Assembly (NCBI GenBank): GCA_963664115.2 | Contig: CAXWPJ010000002.1 | Coordinates: 576,001 to 640,000 of the forward strand | Reading direction: 5' to 3' | Length of the DNA: 64,000 nucleotides | DNA from: Terriglobia bacterium | GTDB lineage: Bacteria > Acidobacteriota > Terriglobia > 20CM-2-55-15 | In this document: piece by piece, positions 38,310 through 48,525 of the stretch | Layout of the letters: each line of letters starts with the position of its first letter | Position numbering within the stretch: position 1 is the first letter of the stretch | Notes under the pieces: model-generated | What the model was told of the DNA's origin: nothing | The model's input: only the letters and a program-made list of their open reading frames with translations | Databases searched by the model: none | Program-made: the position numbers and the translations under genes

Positions 38310-39496
38310 GGCTGGACATCGGTTCGACCAAGATCTGCACTCTGATTGCATCCGCGCATAACGGTGGCATGGAATCCGCCGGTTTTGGCAAGGTCGACTC
38401 CAAGGGACTTAAGAAAGGCGTTGTCGTAAACCTGGAAGCGACGGTTGAGGCGATCAAACGGAGTGTCCACGAAGCGGAGATAATGGCCGGTTCGGAAGTG
38501 GACCGGGTGTTTGTAGGTTTGGCCGGCCCGCATATTCGCAGTTTCAACAGCAAGGGCGCCATACCGATTTCGAAACAGTCGCGTGAGATAACGCGAGAGG
38601 ACGTCCGGCGAGTTATAGAGACAGCTCGTGCGATTGCCCTCGCGCCCGATCGCGAGATCATTCACATCATCCCGCAGGAATTCGTCGTCGATGACCAGGA
38701 TGGTATCGGAGACCCGCTCGGAATGGTCGGTACCCGTCTGGAAGTGAATGTTCATATCGTGACCAGTTCGGTGACGGCCGCACAGAACATCGTCACAGCC
38801 GTGAACCGCAGCGGTTTGGAGGTGGCTGATACCGTCCTGGAGCCCATCGCGGGAGGCGAAGCGGTGTTGAGTGACGACGAAAGGGAACTAGGCTGTGTCC
38901 TCATCGATATCGGGGGCGGGAAGACCAGCGTGGCTGTATACCACCATGGAGCCGTGCGCCACACAGTCGTTCTTCCCATTGGCAGCGATCACTTCACCAG
39001 CGATATAGCCGTGGGACTGCGCACTCCGATTCCTGAAGCAGAACGGCTGAAGAAAGAGTTTGGGTGCGTGTTGGCATCTATGGCTGACGACGAATTGGTG
39101 ATTGAGCTTACCGGAGTGGGGTCCCGGCCGGCGCGGGCCATCAGTCCGAGGTTGTTGAGCGACGTTCTGCAACCGCGGGCTGAAGAAATCGTCCATTTCG
39201 TTCGTGACGAGATACGCGGCGCGGGCTACGAACGTCAAGCTGGAGCAGGGGCGGTTATGACAGGCGGTGGCTCGCTCCTCAGGGGTATCGCGGAACTCAC
39301 CGAGGATCTGCTGGACCTGCCCGTAAGACTCGGTCTGCCGGAAGGCTTGACCGATTCTAGCTTTGGTGATCCTGAATATGCGACGGTTGTCGGGCTCGTT
39401 GCCTATGGCCAGAGAAGACGAAAGACTTACGAGTTTCATGAACATTCCGGGTCCGCGTTTAAACGAATGATGTCCCGATTACGCGGATTCATATGA
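38282..39496 (+). CDS. ftsA: Cell division protein FtsA
   Basis: GLDIGSTK, IDIGGGKT, AERLK, MTGGGS, C-terminal amphipathic helix. Confidence 0.97.
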   Translation: MGRRDKTIVGLDIGSTKICTLIASAHNGGMESAGFGKVDSKGLKKGVVVNLEATVEAIKRSVHEAEIMAGSEVDRVFVGLAGPHIRSFNSKGAIPISKQSREITREDVRRVIETARAIALAPDREIIHIIPQEFVVDDQDGIGDPLGMVGTRLEVNVHIVTSSVTAAQNIVTAVNRSGLEVADTVLEPIAGGEAVLSDDERELGCVLIDIGGGKTSVAVYHHGAVRHTVVLPIGSDHFTSDIAVGLRTPIPEAERLKKEFGCVLASMADDELVIELTGVGSRPARAISPRLLSDVLQPRAEEIVHFVRDEIRGAGYERQAGAGAVMTGGGSLLRGIAELTEDLLDLPVRLGLPEGLTDSSFGDPEYATVVGLVAYGQRRRKTYEFHEHSGSAFKRMMSRLRGFI

Positions 39497-39618
39497 GCTG
39501 CACCGATTGCACGAATTAACGTTGATGCGGATTACGCATTAAAAAGAACCAGCTCATGTTTATGACGAATAAATCCGCGAAGTTCGTGACTGAAAACGAT
39601 TCCGTGTAATCCGCGTAA
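39479..39618. repeat. Degenerate nonamer-based inverted repeat element (GCGGATTAC / GTAATCCGC)
   Basis: TTACGCGGATT 39479-39489 and GCGGATTAC 39527-39535 pair with GTAATCCGCGTAA 39606-39618; between ftsA and ftsZ. Confidence 0.6.
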
Positions 39619-39632
39619 ATAAGGGGGAGCCA

Positions 39633-40718
39633 GTGTCGAAGAACGTGACTGCTGAGAATCCTATCAGGTTCCTTTTTGACGAGGAGCGTGCCGTTGGTGC
39701 CTGTATCAAGGTAATCGGTGTCGGTGGCGGAGGGTCCAACGCTATCAACCGCATGATGGAAGCGGGAGTGGAAGGCGTTGAGTTTCTCGTTGCGAACACT
39801 GACGTCCAGGCCCTCCAGGAGTCGAAGGCCCCGGTGAAAATTCAGATCGGAGCGAAACTGACGAAAGGTTTGGGCGCTGGAGCCGATCCTAATATCGGGC
39901 GAGAGGCTGCACTGGAAGATACTGAAAAGATTATCGAGGCTCTCGAAGGCGCCGACATGATCTTCGTAACGACCGGTCTGGGAGGTGGCACCGGGACGGG
40001 TGCGGCGCCCATCGTAGCCAGCCTGGCGGCGGAGCTGGGCGGCCTGACCGTTGCGGTTGTCACCAAACCGTTCGCTTTTGAAGGTCGAAAGCGCATGATG
40101 CAGGCGGATCTCGGCCTGTCCAATTTGCAGGATTCCGTGGACACGGTGATCACCATTCCGAACGAACAATTACTGGCAACGCTCGAGCGTGGAACGAGCC
40201 TGTTCGACGCGTTTCATATCGCGGATGACATTCTGCGGCAGGCGGTTCAGGGCATTTCGGATTTGATCACCGTACCAGGATTGATCAACCTGGATTTCGC
40301 CGACGTCAAGACCGTCATGCACGGCATGGGCAGGGCGCTCATGGGGACCGGTATGGCGACCGGCGACAACCGAGCTGTTGAGGCGGCGCGCCGCGCAATT
40401 TCAAACCCGTTGTTGGAAGAGGGTTCGATTCAGGGTGCCAAGGGCGTGTTGATCAACATTACGGGTGGCAACGACCTACTGCTGCACGAGGTCAGCGAAG
40501 CTGCCGGTATCATTTACGAAGCGGCCGACACCGAAGCCAACATTATCTTTGGTGCGGTGCGGGACGAGCGTATCGAGAACGAAGTGAAGATTACAGTTAT
40601 AGCCACCGGCTTCGACCACAACGCGACAGACCGTCCGCTGCAGGAGGTGCCCCGCGCCGAGCCCGCGGGAGCGGAATTGGAGATCCCTACGTTTTTGCGG
40701 CGCGCTACGACGCATTAG
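39633..40718 (+). CDS. ftsZ: Cell division protein FtsZ
   Basis: [24 protein letters not shown]-terminal LEIPTFLR. Confidence 0.98.
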   Translation: MSKNVTAENPIRFLFDEERAVGACIKVIGVGGGGSNAINRMMEAGVEGVEFLVANTDVQALQESKAPVKIQIGAKLTKGLGAGADPNIGREAALEDTEKIIEALEGADMIFVTTGLGGGTGTGAAPIVASLAAELGGLTVAVVTKPFAFEGRKRMMQADLGLSNLQDSVDTVITIPNEQLLATLERGTSLFDAFHIADDILRQAVQGISDLITVPGLINLDFADVKTVMHGMGRALMGTGMATGDNRAVEAARRAISNPLLEEGSIQGAKGVLINITGGNDLLLHEVSEAAGIIYEAADTEANIIFGAVRDERIENEVKITVIATGFDHNATDRPLQEVPRAEPAGAELEIPTFLRRATTH

Positions 40719-40759
40719 TTGTTCGAAAGGTTTTGGCCTCAGAGGTGAAGAGAAACGCA

Positions 40760-40829
40760 TTCACCGCAAAGGCGCAAAGACGCAAATGAAGAACAGGTTT
40801 TCTTTGCGTCTTTGCGCCTTTGCGGTGAA
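40760..40829. repeat. Perfect 27-bp inverted repeat made of CGCAAAG-type units
   Basis: TTCACCGCAAAGGCGCAAAGACGCAAA (40760-40786) / exact reverse complement (40803-40829). Confidence 0.9.
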
Positions 40830-40892
40830 AAACCATTTCATCATTTAGACTTCCTAACTGTCCATTCCCGTCCGTCCCCTTATAATCACTCC

Positions 40893-42278
40893 ATGAAGGT
40901 TGCCAACATCGCTGAGGAACTGCGTGCCATTGTGGGCGATCCGCATGTCCGGACGGATGCCGAGACGGTTCGGGAGAACAGTACGGATGCGACCAAACGC
41001 TTTCATCCGGCGGACGTGGTGGTGTTTCCGAAAATAGCTTCGGAAGTTGCCCGTATCGTCTGCCTGGCCAATGCAGAACGGATTCCTATCGTATCCAGAG
41101 GCGGTGGCGTGGGTTATGCCGGTGGAGCGATACCGGTCGCCGGAGGCATCGTCGTTGCCATGCGACGAATGAACCGGATTCTCGAGATCGACCCTGTGGA
41201 CCTCGTTGCCGTCGTCGAACCCGGCGTGATTACCGGAGATCTGCACGCGGCTGTGGAATCGAAGGGGCTGTTCTATCCGCCGGACCCTGCAAGTCTCGCG
41301 CGATCCACGGTCGGAGGAAACGTGGCCCACAATGCCGGAGGTCCACGAGGTTTTAAATACGGAGTGACACGCCAGTATTTGCTGGGCCTCGATGTCGTTC
41401 TTCCGACCGGAGAGCTCACTTCGACAGGAGGGAGAGTCGTAAAGAACGCCGTTGGCTACGATCTGACCGGTTTGATGTGCGGATCGGAAGGAACGCTCGG
41501 AATCATTACAAAAATCATCTTCCGGCTGTTGCCGCTTCCGAGCGCCGCTCGAACCTTAATGGCCTTGTTTGCCTCAGTGAGGGATTGTGCGGAATCGGCG
41601 AATCGCCTGGTCGAACGGGGCGTTATCCCTTCGAAGCTGGAGTTTGTGGATCGAGCCTCCGTCCGGGCCCTCCGAAGCTATATCCGGGATGAAGGGATCC
41701 AAACGCCTGTTGTTCTCCCGGACGGAGTCAGTGCATTGCTGCTCGTCGAAGTGGACGGGGATGTGCTTTCGCTCGAGAGCGATCTGCGGCGAGTCCGCGA
41801 AGTTCTCGAACCGCATGCCGCTGGAGTGATCGAGTCGGACACCGGAGATGAGCTTTGGGAACTCCGCCGTCACCTCTCTCCTGCCGTGGCACGCATCCGG
41901 CCTGACAAGGTGAACGAAGACGTCGTCGTACCGCGTCGGAGGGTCCCGGACTATCTCGACGCAATGGGACGCCTTGAAGTTGAATGCGGTCTACCTGTAG
42001 TTTGTTTCGGTCATGTCGGCGACGGCAACATCCATGTGAATGTGATGCTGGACTCTTCCAATCCCGATCAAGTCGAACGATCCGAAGTAGCAAAGTTGCG
42101 TGTGTTTGAACTCGCTGTGGAGATGGGCGGAACCATTTCGGGGGAACATGGAGTCGGGATCATGAAATCTCAGTTCATCGGATTGGCTCTCCCTCCGGCG
42201 GCCGTTGTTGCGATGAAAGCCATCAAGCGCGCTCTTGATCCGAACGGCATCATGAATCCCGGCAAGATATTCACGTGA
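40893..42278 (+). CDS. FAD-linked oxidase, GlcD/D-lactate dehydrogenase family
   Basis: RGGG, YPPDPAS, GGNVAHNAGG..KYG, GSEGTLG, FGHVGDGNIH, SGEHGVG, DPNGIMNPGK. Confidence 0.93.
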   Translation: MKVANIAEELRAIVGDPHVRTDAETVRENSTDATKRFHPADVVVFPKIASEVARIVCLANAERIPIVSRGGGVGYAGGAIPVAGGIVVAMRRMNRILEIDPVDLVAVVEPGVITGDLHAAVESKGLFYPPDPASLARSTVGGNVAHNAGGPRGFKYGVTRQYLLGLDVVLPTGELTSTGGRVVKNAVGYDLTGLMCGSEGTLGIITKIIFRLLPLPSAARTLMALFASVRDCAESANRLVERGVIPSKLEFVDRASVRALRSYIRDEGIQTPVVLPDGVSALLLVEVDGDVLSLESDLRRVREVLEPHAAGVIESDTGDELWELRRHLSPAVARIRPDKVNEDVVVPRRRVPDYLDAMGRLEVECGLPVVCFGHVGDGNIHVNVMLDSSNPDQVERSEVAKLRVFELAVEMGGTISGEHGVGIMKSQFIGLALPPAAVVAMKAIKRALDPNGIMNPGKIFT

Positions 42279-42676
42279 GATTCGCGGTAGCGGCCGGACT
42301 TCTCGATCAGATCGTTGGCCACGCCCGGGATCGCCTGCCGGAAGAGGCCTGCGGATTTCTCATCGGCCGATCCGGAACCGTGGAACAATTCGTGCCTGCC
42401 CCGAACGCCCTACGCAGCCAGACGGCCTTCGAAGTGGAACCCCGCTTCCTCTTTAATATGTTCCGGCAACTCAGGTCTTCCGGAGAAACTTTGCTGGCCA
42501 TTTGTCACTCCCATCCAACGGGAGCGGCCGTTCCATCGGCCCGCGACGTGGCCGAGGCGCACTATCCGGATTGTGCATATGTGATCGTTTCATTGGCTGG
42601 GGCCCAACCGAATGTTCGAGCCTACCGGATTGTCGAGGGCGAGGTCCTCGAAATGGAACTTCATGCTATAGTCTAG
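42275..42676 (+). CDS. JAB/MPN+ (M67) metallopeptidase
   Basis: PEEACG, HSHP...PSARD JAMM motif; GTGA overlap with the upstream gene. Confidence 0.92.
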   Translation: MRFAVAAGLLDQIVGHARDRLPEEACGFLIGRSGTVEQFVPAPNALRSQTAFEVEPRFLFNMFRQLRSSGETLLAICHSHPTGAAVPSARDVAEAHYPDCAYVIVSLAGAQPNVRAYRIVEGEVLEMELHAIV

Positions 42677-42715
42677 GAAATCGGCTCTTTTTCGAGTCTC
42701 TCGCCGGAGGTTTAG

Positions 42716-43333
42716 ATGCGTCTCTTGCTGATCATTCTGCTGTGGACGGCGCCGCTTTTGTCCCAGGATTCTGAGCTTACCTTGGACGCGGAATACGCCA
42801 TTCGGGCTGACGCCAATCTGTTTTTTGGGAGGGGCGAGTCGACGGGGACAGAGTACTACGACGTCGCAATCACGAGCCAACCCTCCGACGGAGTTTTGAT
42901 CAAGCTGCCCTATACGCAGAAAGGCGGGAAGCTTACTTTTGATCTCCATCATCGCGTCGGTTTGTCTGCGGACTATGGTCTCCCGGCCGAAATCATGACG
43001 GTCGTCGAAGTCGTCACGGGTGGTACGAATCGGCTTGGGACGTTCACGATGCTGGACATGATCGGTGAGGACGCGGCGTTCGATGAGCAGATCGAGCGGG
43101 CAAGCGACGCGGAGATCGACCGTTATGTCACGCCGATGTCCCGAAAGACAATAACCATCACCACGCAGCCCGGACCCCAGTCGATCAGCATAGTCGGACG
43201 CGATCTGAACATCGTGCGCCGGGGCACGACGACCCGGGTGGATACCCCGGGGACCCGGATCGCGATGGTCTCGAATATCAAATTTGAGGAAGTTCTAGCG
43301 GTCAATCCCCTCAGTCTGAGCACTCCGGATTAA
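42716..43333 (+). CDS. Hypothetical secreted protein
   Basis: Signal-peptide-like N-terminus MRLLLIILLWTAPLLSQ, SD GGAGG; no recognised family. Confidence 0.7.
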   Translation: MRLLLIILLWTAPLLSQDSELTLDAEYAIRADANLFFGRGESTGTEYYDVAITSQPSDGVLIKLPYTQKGGKLTFDLHHRVGLSADYGLPAEIMTVVEVVTGGTNRLGTFTMLDMIGEDAAFDEQIERASDAEIDRYVTPMSRKTITITTQPGPQSISIVGRDLNIVRRGTTTRVDTPGTRIAMVSNIKFEEVLAVNPLSLSTPD

Positions 43334-43482
43334 GTTACGACTGCGCCGAATGTAGGGGCAGACCGACGCACTCTAATCTGACGGAGTCGCATGAGGGAAG
43401 ACCGCCGTCCGGGGGCTATTCAGCGACCGGGTTCTTCGCGGTTGGTGTCGCATTCGAGTTTCACGCCTTACGAAGAAGTCCT

Positions 43483-44463
43483 TTACTGTTGTTCCTCCAG
43501 CTCCCTTGAAACATCTTGGTAAAAGCGGCGATAAACGCGCTCAACCGTATTGCCCGTGTTGGGCGACAGGTTTTCGCTGGCGAAGCGAGCATCGAACTCC
43601 CTCGACGGACGCGCCTCAATGATCTCGTCCAGTGTCATGCCCTGTGCCACCATGTCGCGGAATCGAGCGTAAATCACAATCACGGCGTCACGTACTGCGC
43701 TGAGATCCTCTCTGCGCGAGAGTTGGCCGTGGCCGGGAACGAAAATCGTGTCCGGGGTCGTCATATCGAGCGCCATGTTGTAAATATCAACGAAATCTTT
43801 AATCGTGCCGCCGCCTGAGGACGGATAGTCTGTCCGATACACGTCACCAAAGGCCCACACGTCGGATCCGCTGAAGTACACAGCCGCATCTCCGTCCGTG
43901 TGCGAGGGTTTTAAGGGCACGAAGAGGATTTCCTCTCCGTTGAAGTGAAACGTCATCGGTTGCGCCGATGTGATCACAGGCAAACCGCCGGGAAGATCCG
44001 AATCGCTGCGGTCTCCTATGAGCGACCGGCGCAGGTTGGGCTGATCGACGATCAACGCGCCCTCCCGGGCAAAGTTTGCGTTGCCGCCGCTGTGGTCTGG
44101 GTGGGAGTGCGTGTTGACCACAAAGCGGATGGGCCCATCCGAGATTCGTCGGATCAGGGTCATGATCCGGTCGTAGAAAACGGGGTAGTTCGTGTCGACG
44201 ATGAAAATGCCATCATCGCCCGCCATGACGGTCATATTCCCACCTGCGCCGGCGATCACGTAAACCTGGCCGGCTACATGGCGGAGGACCATTTCGATCG
44301 CCGCCACCGCTTCGGGATCGTCAACCTGGTTGTTGAATCCGCGTATGTCGGGAATCGGGCCTCCAGTCTGAATCGCTTCCTGAGAAAAAGCCCCCCCGCA
44401 GAAAACCATAGCGCACACCGTCCCCGACGCCACAAATGCCATAGCTCGTTTCATAGAAGTCAC
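43483..44463 (-). CDS. Secreted MBL-fold metallo-hydrolase (cyclase-like)
   Basis: NTHSHPDHSGGN (HxHxDH), HTDGD, FGD, VPGHG; signal peptide. Confidence 0.9.
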   Translation of the reverse strand: MTSMKRAMAFVASGTVCAMVFCGGAFSQEAIQTGGPIPDIRGFNNQVDDPEAVAAIEMVLRHVAGQVYVIAGAGGNMTVMAGDDGIFIVDTNYPVFYDRIMTLIRRISDGPIRFVVNTHSHPDHSGGNANFAREGALIVDQPNLRRSLIGDRSDSDLPGGLPVITSAQPMTFHFNGEEILFVPLKPSHTDGDAAVYFSGSDVWAFGDVYRTDYPSSGGGTIKDFVDIYNMALDMTTPDTIFVPGHGQLSRREDLSAVRDAVIVIYARFRDMVAQGMTLDEIIEARPSREFDARFASENLSPNTGNTVERVYRRFYQDVSRELEEQQ

Positions 44464-44660
44464 CTCTGTGTGTACCGTTTCTTAAGACCTTCCTAAAGGA
44501 TATTCAAGGAAAGGGTCAGACGCAATCAAAGCCTCAAGGCCTAGCTGGCACGGTATCGGGAGGAGCCGTTCGATCCCATTTTGAAATCCCCCAAAGGTTG
44601 AAACAGATCGATCGGCCTTCGATATGGGAGAAACAATGAATCGGGGGTGCGCCAGCTCGA

Positions 44661-47084
44661 TCAGAACTGAAATCTCATTCCGACCTCGATTTGCCGCGGT
44701 GACGTCGCGTTGAAAGACCGTCCGAAGAAGGGAGACCTCAGCACACCGCTGGGTGTTCCCAGGTGGGTCATGTTGAAAGCGTTGCTGAGGTTTGCAAAGA
44801 CATTCATTCTGGGCCCGGTGCCCGTAGCGCCCGAGCCGTTGCTGCCGAATTCAAAGGCTTTCGAGATGTTGAAGCTGACATCAAAATAATTCGGTCCGAC
44901 TTCGCTGTTCTTGACGACCCCTTCCGGCCGGTCGTTACTCACGCCATCGCCGTTATCGTCCCGACCCGTGGTGATCGTGTACCGCCGGCCGCTGCGTGCC
45001 CCGACGACCGTGGTCAGATACACATCCATCGGCAGCCTCGAATTGACGCTCGTGTTGAACGTATGCGTGGGGTTGACGTGTCGGCCCCACTCCTTAGTGA
45101 CGTCGCGGCTGTCGACCGGCAAATCCTGAAAGCCGCCCGTGCCCGCCTGATCGCTGACGCCATGGAAATACAAATAGTCCGCGGTGATATTGAAGATGCT
45201 GACCCGCTGCCTCAGGGTGACGTTGAGATGGTGATATGTCGAAGAACCGCTGACGAGCTGGAGAATCTGGCCGACGTCTGGAAACGGCCGGAGGCCGCTT
45301 TCCGAAAAGGGCGCATTCATGTCCCGGCCGCGGGGTTGGTTGATACCGCGGGCCCGGTCGAAGGCCACCGTCACGAAAAGATTATGCGGAAAGCTCTGCT
45401 CGAGCTGTATTTGTGGCAGAAAGAAATAGCTGTTTCTCAGATTCGGGTCCAGCTGGGTTCGGGTCGGGGGCCGGACGGTGCCCGCAGAGAACGGGTCGGG
45501 CCAGCCGGGATTGTCGATCTGGGTCTCGAACAGCCGTGTCCCGTCCAGATAGGTAAATTCTTTGTTCTGCCGGAAATTTGCCGGGTTCGTGAAGATGGCG
45601 ACACCCCCGCGAATGACGGTCGAATTGCCGATCGCGTATGCAAAACCGATGCGCGGATCCACGTTATTCCGGTCGTCGAGATCTGTTTGCATGAAATAGC
45701 GTACGCCCAGCATCAAGGTGAAGGTCGGCGTGAGCCTGAAATCGTTCTGGGAGAAAAAAACAAGGTGCGTCTGGCTCATTTTGAACAAAGGATCGCAGCA
45801 TTTGACCCTGTACTTGAGCGGTTTCCCCGCCCGGTAACTTTCAAGATCCGAAAACGTGAACTCGCCGAAGAAATTGTTTTCCGAATCCGAACGCTCGCTT
45901 CGGCGCCAGCCCCGAAAACCGGTTCGCATCGTCAGGTTGTTTCCCTCGAAGTAGACGAGGTTCGACAGCTCGTATTCGTTTCCATTGATCAGGCTCCTGT
46001 TTTGTGAGCCCCCTCCGGTGAAAGCGTCCTTGACAACGATCCCAAGGGCGTCGCTGAAGGGAACTGTCTCGCTGCGATCTTTCCGCCAGATGAATCGGAC
46101 ATCGTGCACGGTCCGGTCCGAGATTACGAAGACTTCCCGCAGGTCCACCACGTGGTTCCGCTCCTTTGTGCGGGACGCGCGTTCGGGCAGGCTGAAATTG
46201 CCCACGTTCTCGTTACTGCTGTCTTCGGTGGCGAACTGGAAACGCATGTGCAGCGAATGCGCATCCGCAAGCTGCAGGACGCCACGGGTGTCGTACGACC
46301 GGTTCTCCACAGGCCGGGTGACGCCCAGGGAAAAGAGCCCATCCAGTGTCTGTGCTTTGACCGTGCCGACATTTTCCCGCCTGTTGTCCCTGACCGCGAA
46401 GTTCAATGAGAGCCGGTCTTGAATGATGGGACCGCTGATGTCAGCGTTGATGGTCCGTTCATAGTAGGGCGGTTTATTGTCCGCGAAGGGATTTCGGGCG
46501 TTCAGCTCCTCGTCCTGGAAAATCGCCGCGAAATTGCCGTGATAGGCGCCCACGCCGCCGCGTTCGATCACTTCCGTTCTCGCGCCGCCTTCACGCAAGC
46601 CGCTGGATCCGTTAGCGGCGCCGGTTTCGACGTTAAACGCGTTATTCGTTACGCGGATCTGTTGAATTCTTCCGCTCCCCGCACCGGCATCCCCAGAATC
46701 CTCCGTATAAAATGCCACGTCCTGCTCGCTCTGGTAGCTCTCCCATGCCGTTCTCTGCGCCGCAGTCATGTAGGCGGGAAGCTCATTACGCAACTCGTCG
46801 TACATAAACCGGATGCCGGCCAGTGCCTGATCCTGCTGCTCGCCCGGCGGCGGTCCCTGACTGAAATCCCAGGTTTCGCCAAACAGGTTTTCCGCAGCCT
46901 GACGTTCTTCTTCGATGAGCAACGCCAACTGCCGTTCCTGATCGGCGCTGAAAGGCACCCCGGCCTCGGCGAGTGCTTTCGTCACCTGGTCTTTCAGTTC
47001 GTCGACCGGATTGCGGGCGGTCAGTTGCCCAAAGGCAGTGGTGGCTAAGAAAATACAAATCAAGGCAGGACGCATCACATTCAT
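44661..47084 (-). CDS. TonB-dependent receptor-like outer-membrane barrel with atypical helical N-terminus
   Basis: LNARNPF, ISGPII, DPRIGFAY, TVIRGG, ITTGRDDNGDG..NDRP, C-terminal PRQIEVGMRFQF; ATG 47084 has SD GGGAG (ORF open to 47123). Confidence 0.82.
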   Translation of the reverse strand: MNVMRPALICIFLATTAFGQLTARNPVDELKDQVTKALAEAGVPFSADQERQLALLIEEERQAAENLFGETWDFSQGPPPGEQQDQALAGIRFMYDELRNELPAYMTAAQRTAWESYQSEQDVAFYTEDSGDAGAGSGRIQQIRVTNNAFNVETGAANGSSGLREGGARTEVIERGGVGAYHGNFAAIFQDEELNARNPFADNKPPYYERTINADISGPIIQDRLSLNFAVRDNRRENVGTVKAQTLDGLFSLGVTRPVENRSYDTRGVLQLADAHSLHMRFQFATEDSSNENVGNFSLPERASRTKERNHVVDLREVFVISDRTVHDVRFIWRKDRSETVPFSDALGIVVKDAFTGGGSQNRSLINGNEYELSNLVYFEGNNLTMRTGFRGWRRSERSDSENNFFGEFTFSDLESYRAGKPLKYRVKCCDPLFKMSQTHLVFFSQNDFRLTPTFTLMLGVRYFMQTDLDDRNNVDPRIGFAYAIGNSTVIRGGVAIFTNPANFRQNKEFTYLDGTRLFETQIDNPGWPDPFSAGTVRPPTRTQLDPNLRNSYFFLPQIQLEQSFPHNLFVTVAFDRARGINQPRGRDMNAPFSESGLRPFPDVGQILQLVSGSSTYHHLNVTLRQRVSIFNITADYLYFHGVSDQAGTGGFQDLPVDSRDVTKEWGRHVNPTHTFNTSVNSRLPMDVYLTTVVGARSGRRYTITTGRDDNGDGVSNDRPEGVVKNSEVGPNYFDVSFNISKAFEFGSNGSGATGTGPRMNVFANLSNAFNMTHLGTPSGVLRSPFFGRSFNATSPRQIEVGMRFQF

Positions 47085-47229
47085 GCTAGCACTCCCCATT
47101 ACGCCGGTTTTAAGAAAAACCACAGCATGGCCCGGGATGATCTGAATTCCTAAATTGTTGGATCAAAACACAGCGGGATGGAATTCAGATTCAAGTAGCA
47201 TTCCATCTCCAGAGTTCGTCCGCAGCCTG

Positions 47230-48396
47230 TCAGGCGTTTCCTGCCGTAGCGGTCGCTTCGTTGGTCTTGCCCCCTGCCGAGGCGAGCTCATATGTTTTGA
47301 TCACTTTCTCCGCGCATGTTTTCCAGGAAAACTTCGCTACCTGCAGCAGGCCCTTTTCTATGAATTCCTGACGTAATACCTGATCGATCAGCAGTTGTTT
47401 GATCGCCCGCGCGATTTCAAAAACGTTTTCGGGGTTTACGAGAATAGCCGCATCGCCCAGTACTTCAGGAAGGGAAGACGTGTTTGAAGCCACGACAGGC
47501 GTTCGGTTGGCCATTGCTTCGAGCGGGGGAAGGCCGAAACCCTCGTAGAGTGATGGCGAGGCGAATGCAACAGCCGCCTCGTAAAACGCCTGAAGGATTG
47601 GATACGGAACGAAACCGAAGAAGCGGACGTCCTGCTGAACGCCGCTCCGAACGACCGTCAATCGAAGGTACTGATGATTGCTGAGTTTGTCGCCAATGAT
47701 GATCAGCTTTAAATGTTTGTACTTCTTGTGGTCACCCAGCTCGCTCTTCAAAACTGCGAACGCTTCGATCAGACGGCCGACGTTTTTGTGTGGCTTGATC
47801 TGTCCCGAATAGAGAACAAAGGGATCCTTCAGTTGGTAGCGTTCCAGGACCTGCATCTGCTCGGCCGGAGCATGGGCCACAGAAAAACGTCCATCCAGGG
47901 CGTTGTGTGCCACGGACGTCCGGGAGGTCGGCAGGTCGAATATGCTGATCAGATCCTGCCGGGTTGACTCCGAGACGGCAATGACGTGATCCGCTGAGCG
48001 GACAATGTGCTTCGTGTAGAGATACCTCCGGTAGTTATCGAACTTCGATGAACCCTCCGGCGGGAACAGTAGATGGACGCAGTCGTGAATCGTGACCACT
48101 AATCGGCACCCGACCATCAGAGGGGCCTCGTAGTGGGGTGCGTGGAAGACGTCGATCCCATGCTTTCGTAGCTGGAAAGGAATGCGTACGTGAAGATTCC
48201 AGAAGTTGTTGTGTTCGGGAATGTCGATTCGCTCGAAATTCTTTCCCAGCGGTCCGAATTCGAGAAACTGGCGTTGGGAGCCCAGAAGGAAGTAGTGATG
48301 GCTTCGATCTAAATCCGATAGGTTCCGGACAAGATTCCAAACGTGTGTGCCGACGCCGAACTCGTTGACCTTACGGATGTCGATAGCGACGCGCAT
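47230..48396 (-). CDS. Glycosyltransferase family 4
   Basis: VVTIHD, VIAVSEST, PHKN, PSLYEGFGLPPLEAMA, SSLPEV. Confidence 0.93.
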   Translation of the reverse strand: MRVAIDIRKVNEFGVGTHVWNLVRNLSDLDRSHHYFLLGSQRQFLEFGPLGKNFERIDIPEHNNFWNLHVRIPFQLRKHGIDVFHAPHYEAPLMVGCRLVVTIHDCVHLLFPPEGSSKFDNYRRYLYTKHIVRSADHVIAVSESTRQDLISIFDLPTSRTSVAHNALDGRFSVAHAPAEQMQVLERYQLKDPFVLYSGQIKPHKNVGRLIEAFAVLKSELGDHKKYKHLKLIIIGDKLSNHQYLRLTVVRSGVQQDVRFFGFVPYPILQAFYEAAVAFASPSLYEGFGLPPLEAMANRTPVVASNTSSLPEVLGDAAILVNPENVFEIARAIKQLLIDQVLRQEFIEKGLLQVAKFSWKTCAEKVIKTYELASAGGKTNEATATAGNA

Positions 48397-48402
48397 GTCT
48401 GA

Positions 48403-48519
48403 ATTGTAGCAGCCTGCCAAGAGAAGAAGGAGACGGACACTTCATGCAACATTGTGCCCTGGCGAGTGTACTTCGCCTGAAGTGTCCGTCCCCTTCCGCT
48501 TCCACGGGTCTGTTATAAT
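48403..48519. promoter_or_regulatory. Back-to-back extended -10 promoters, both apparently leaderless
   Basis: Minus strand TGC-TACAAT-N6-ATG(48396); plus strand TGT-TATAAT-N6-ATG(48526). Confidence 0.65.
48426..48496. repeat. 71-bp palindromic dispersed element, copy 1
   Basis: Arms GAAGGAGACGGACACTTCA / TGAAGTGTCCGTCCCCTTC; 64/71 identical to 53920-53990. Confidence 0.9.
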
Positions 48520-48525
48520 CGTCGT

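Noticed and set aside
43352-43471. GTAGGGGC...GCCTTAC REP-like element between convergent genes
   Set aside because: Only short, imperfect terminal complementarity and no second copy in the window
44763-46007. 414-aa antisense ORF over the TonB receptor
   Set aside because: Shadow ORF with no family signature
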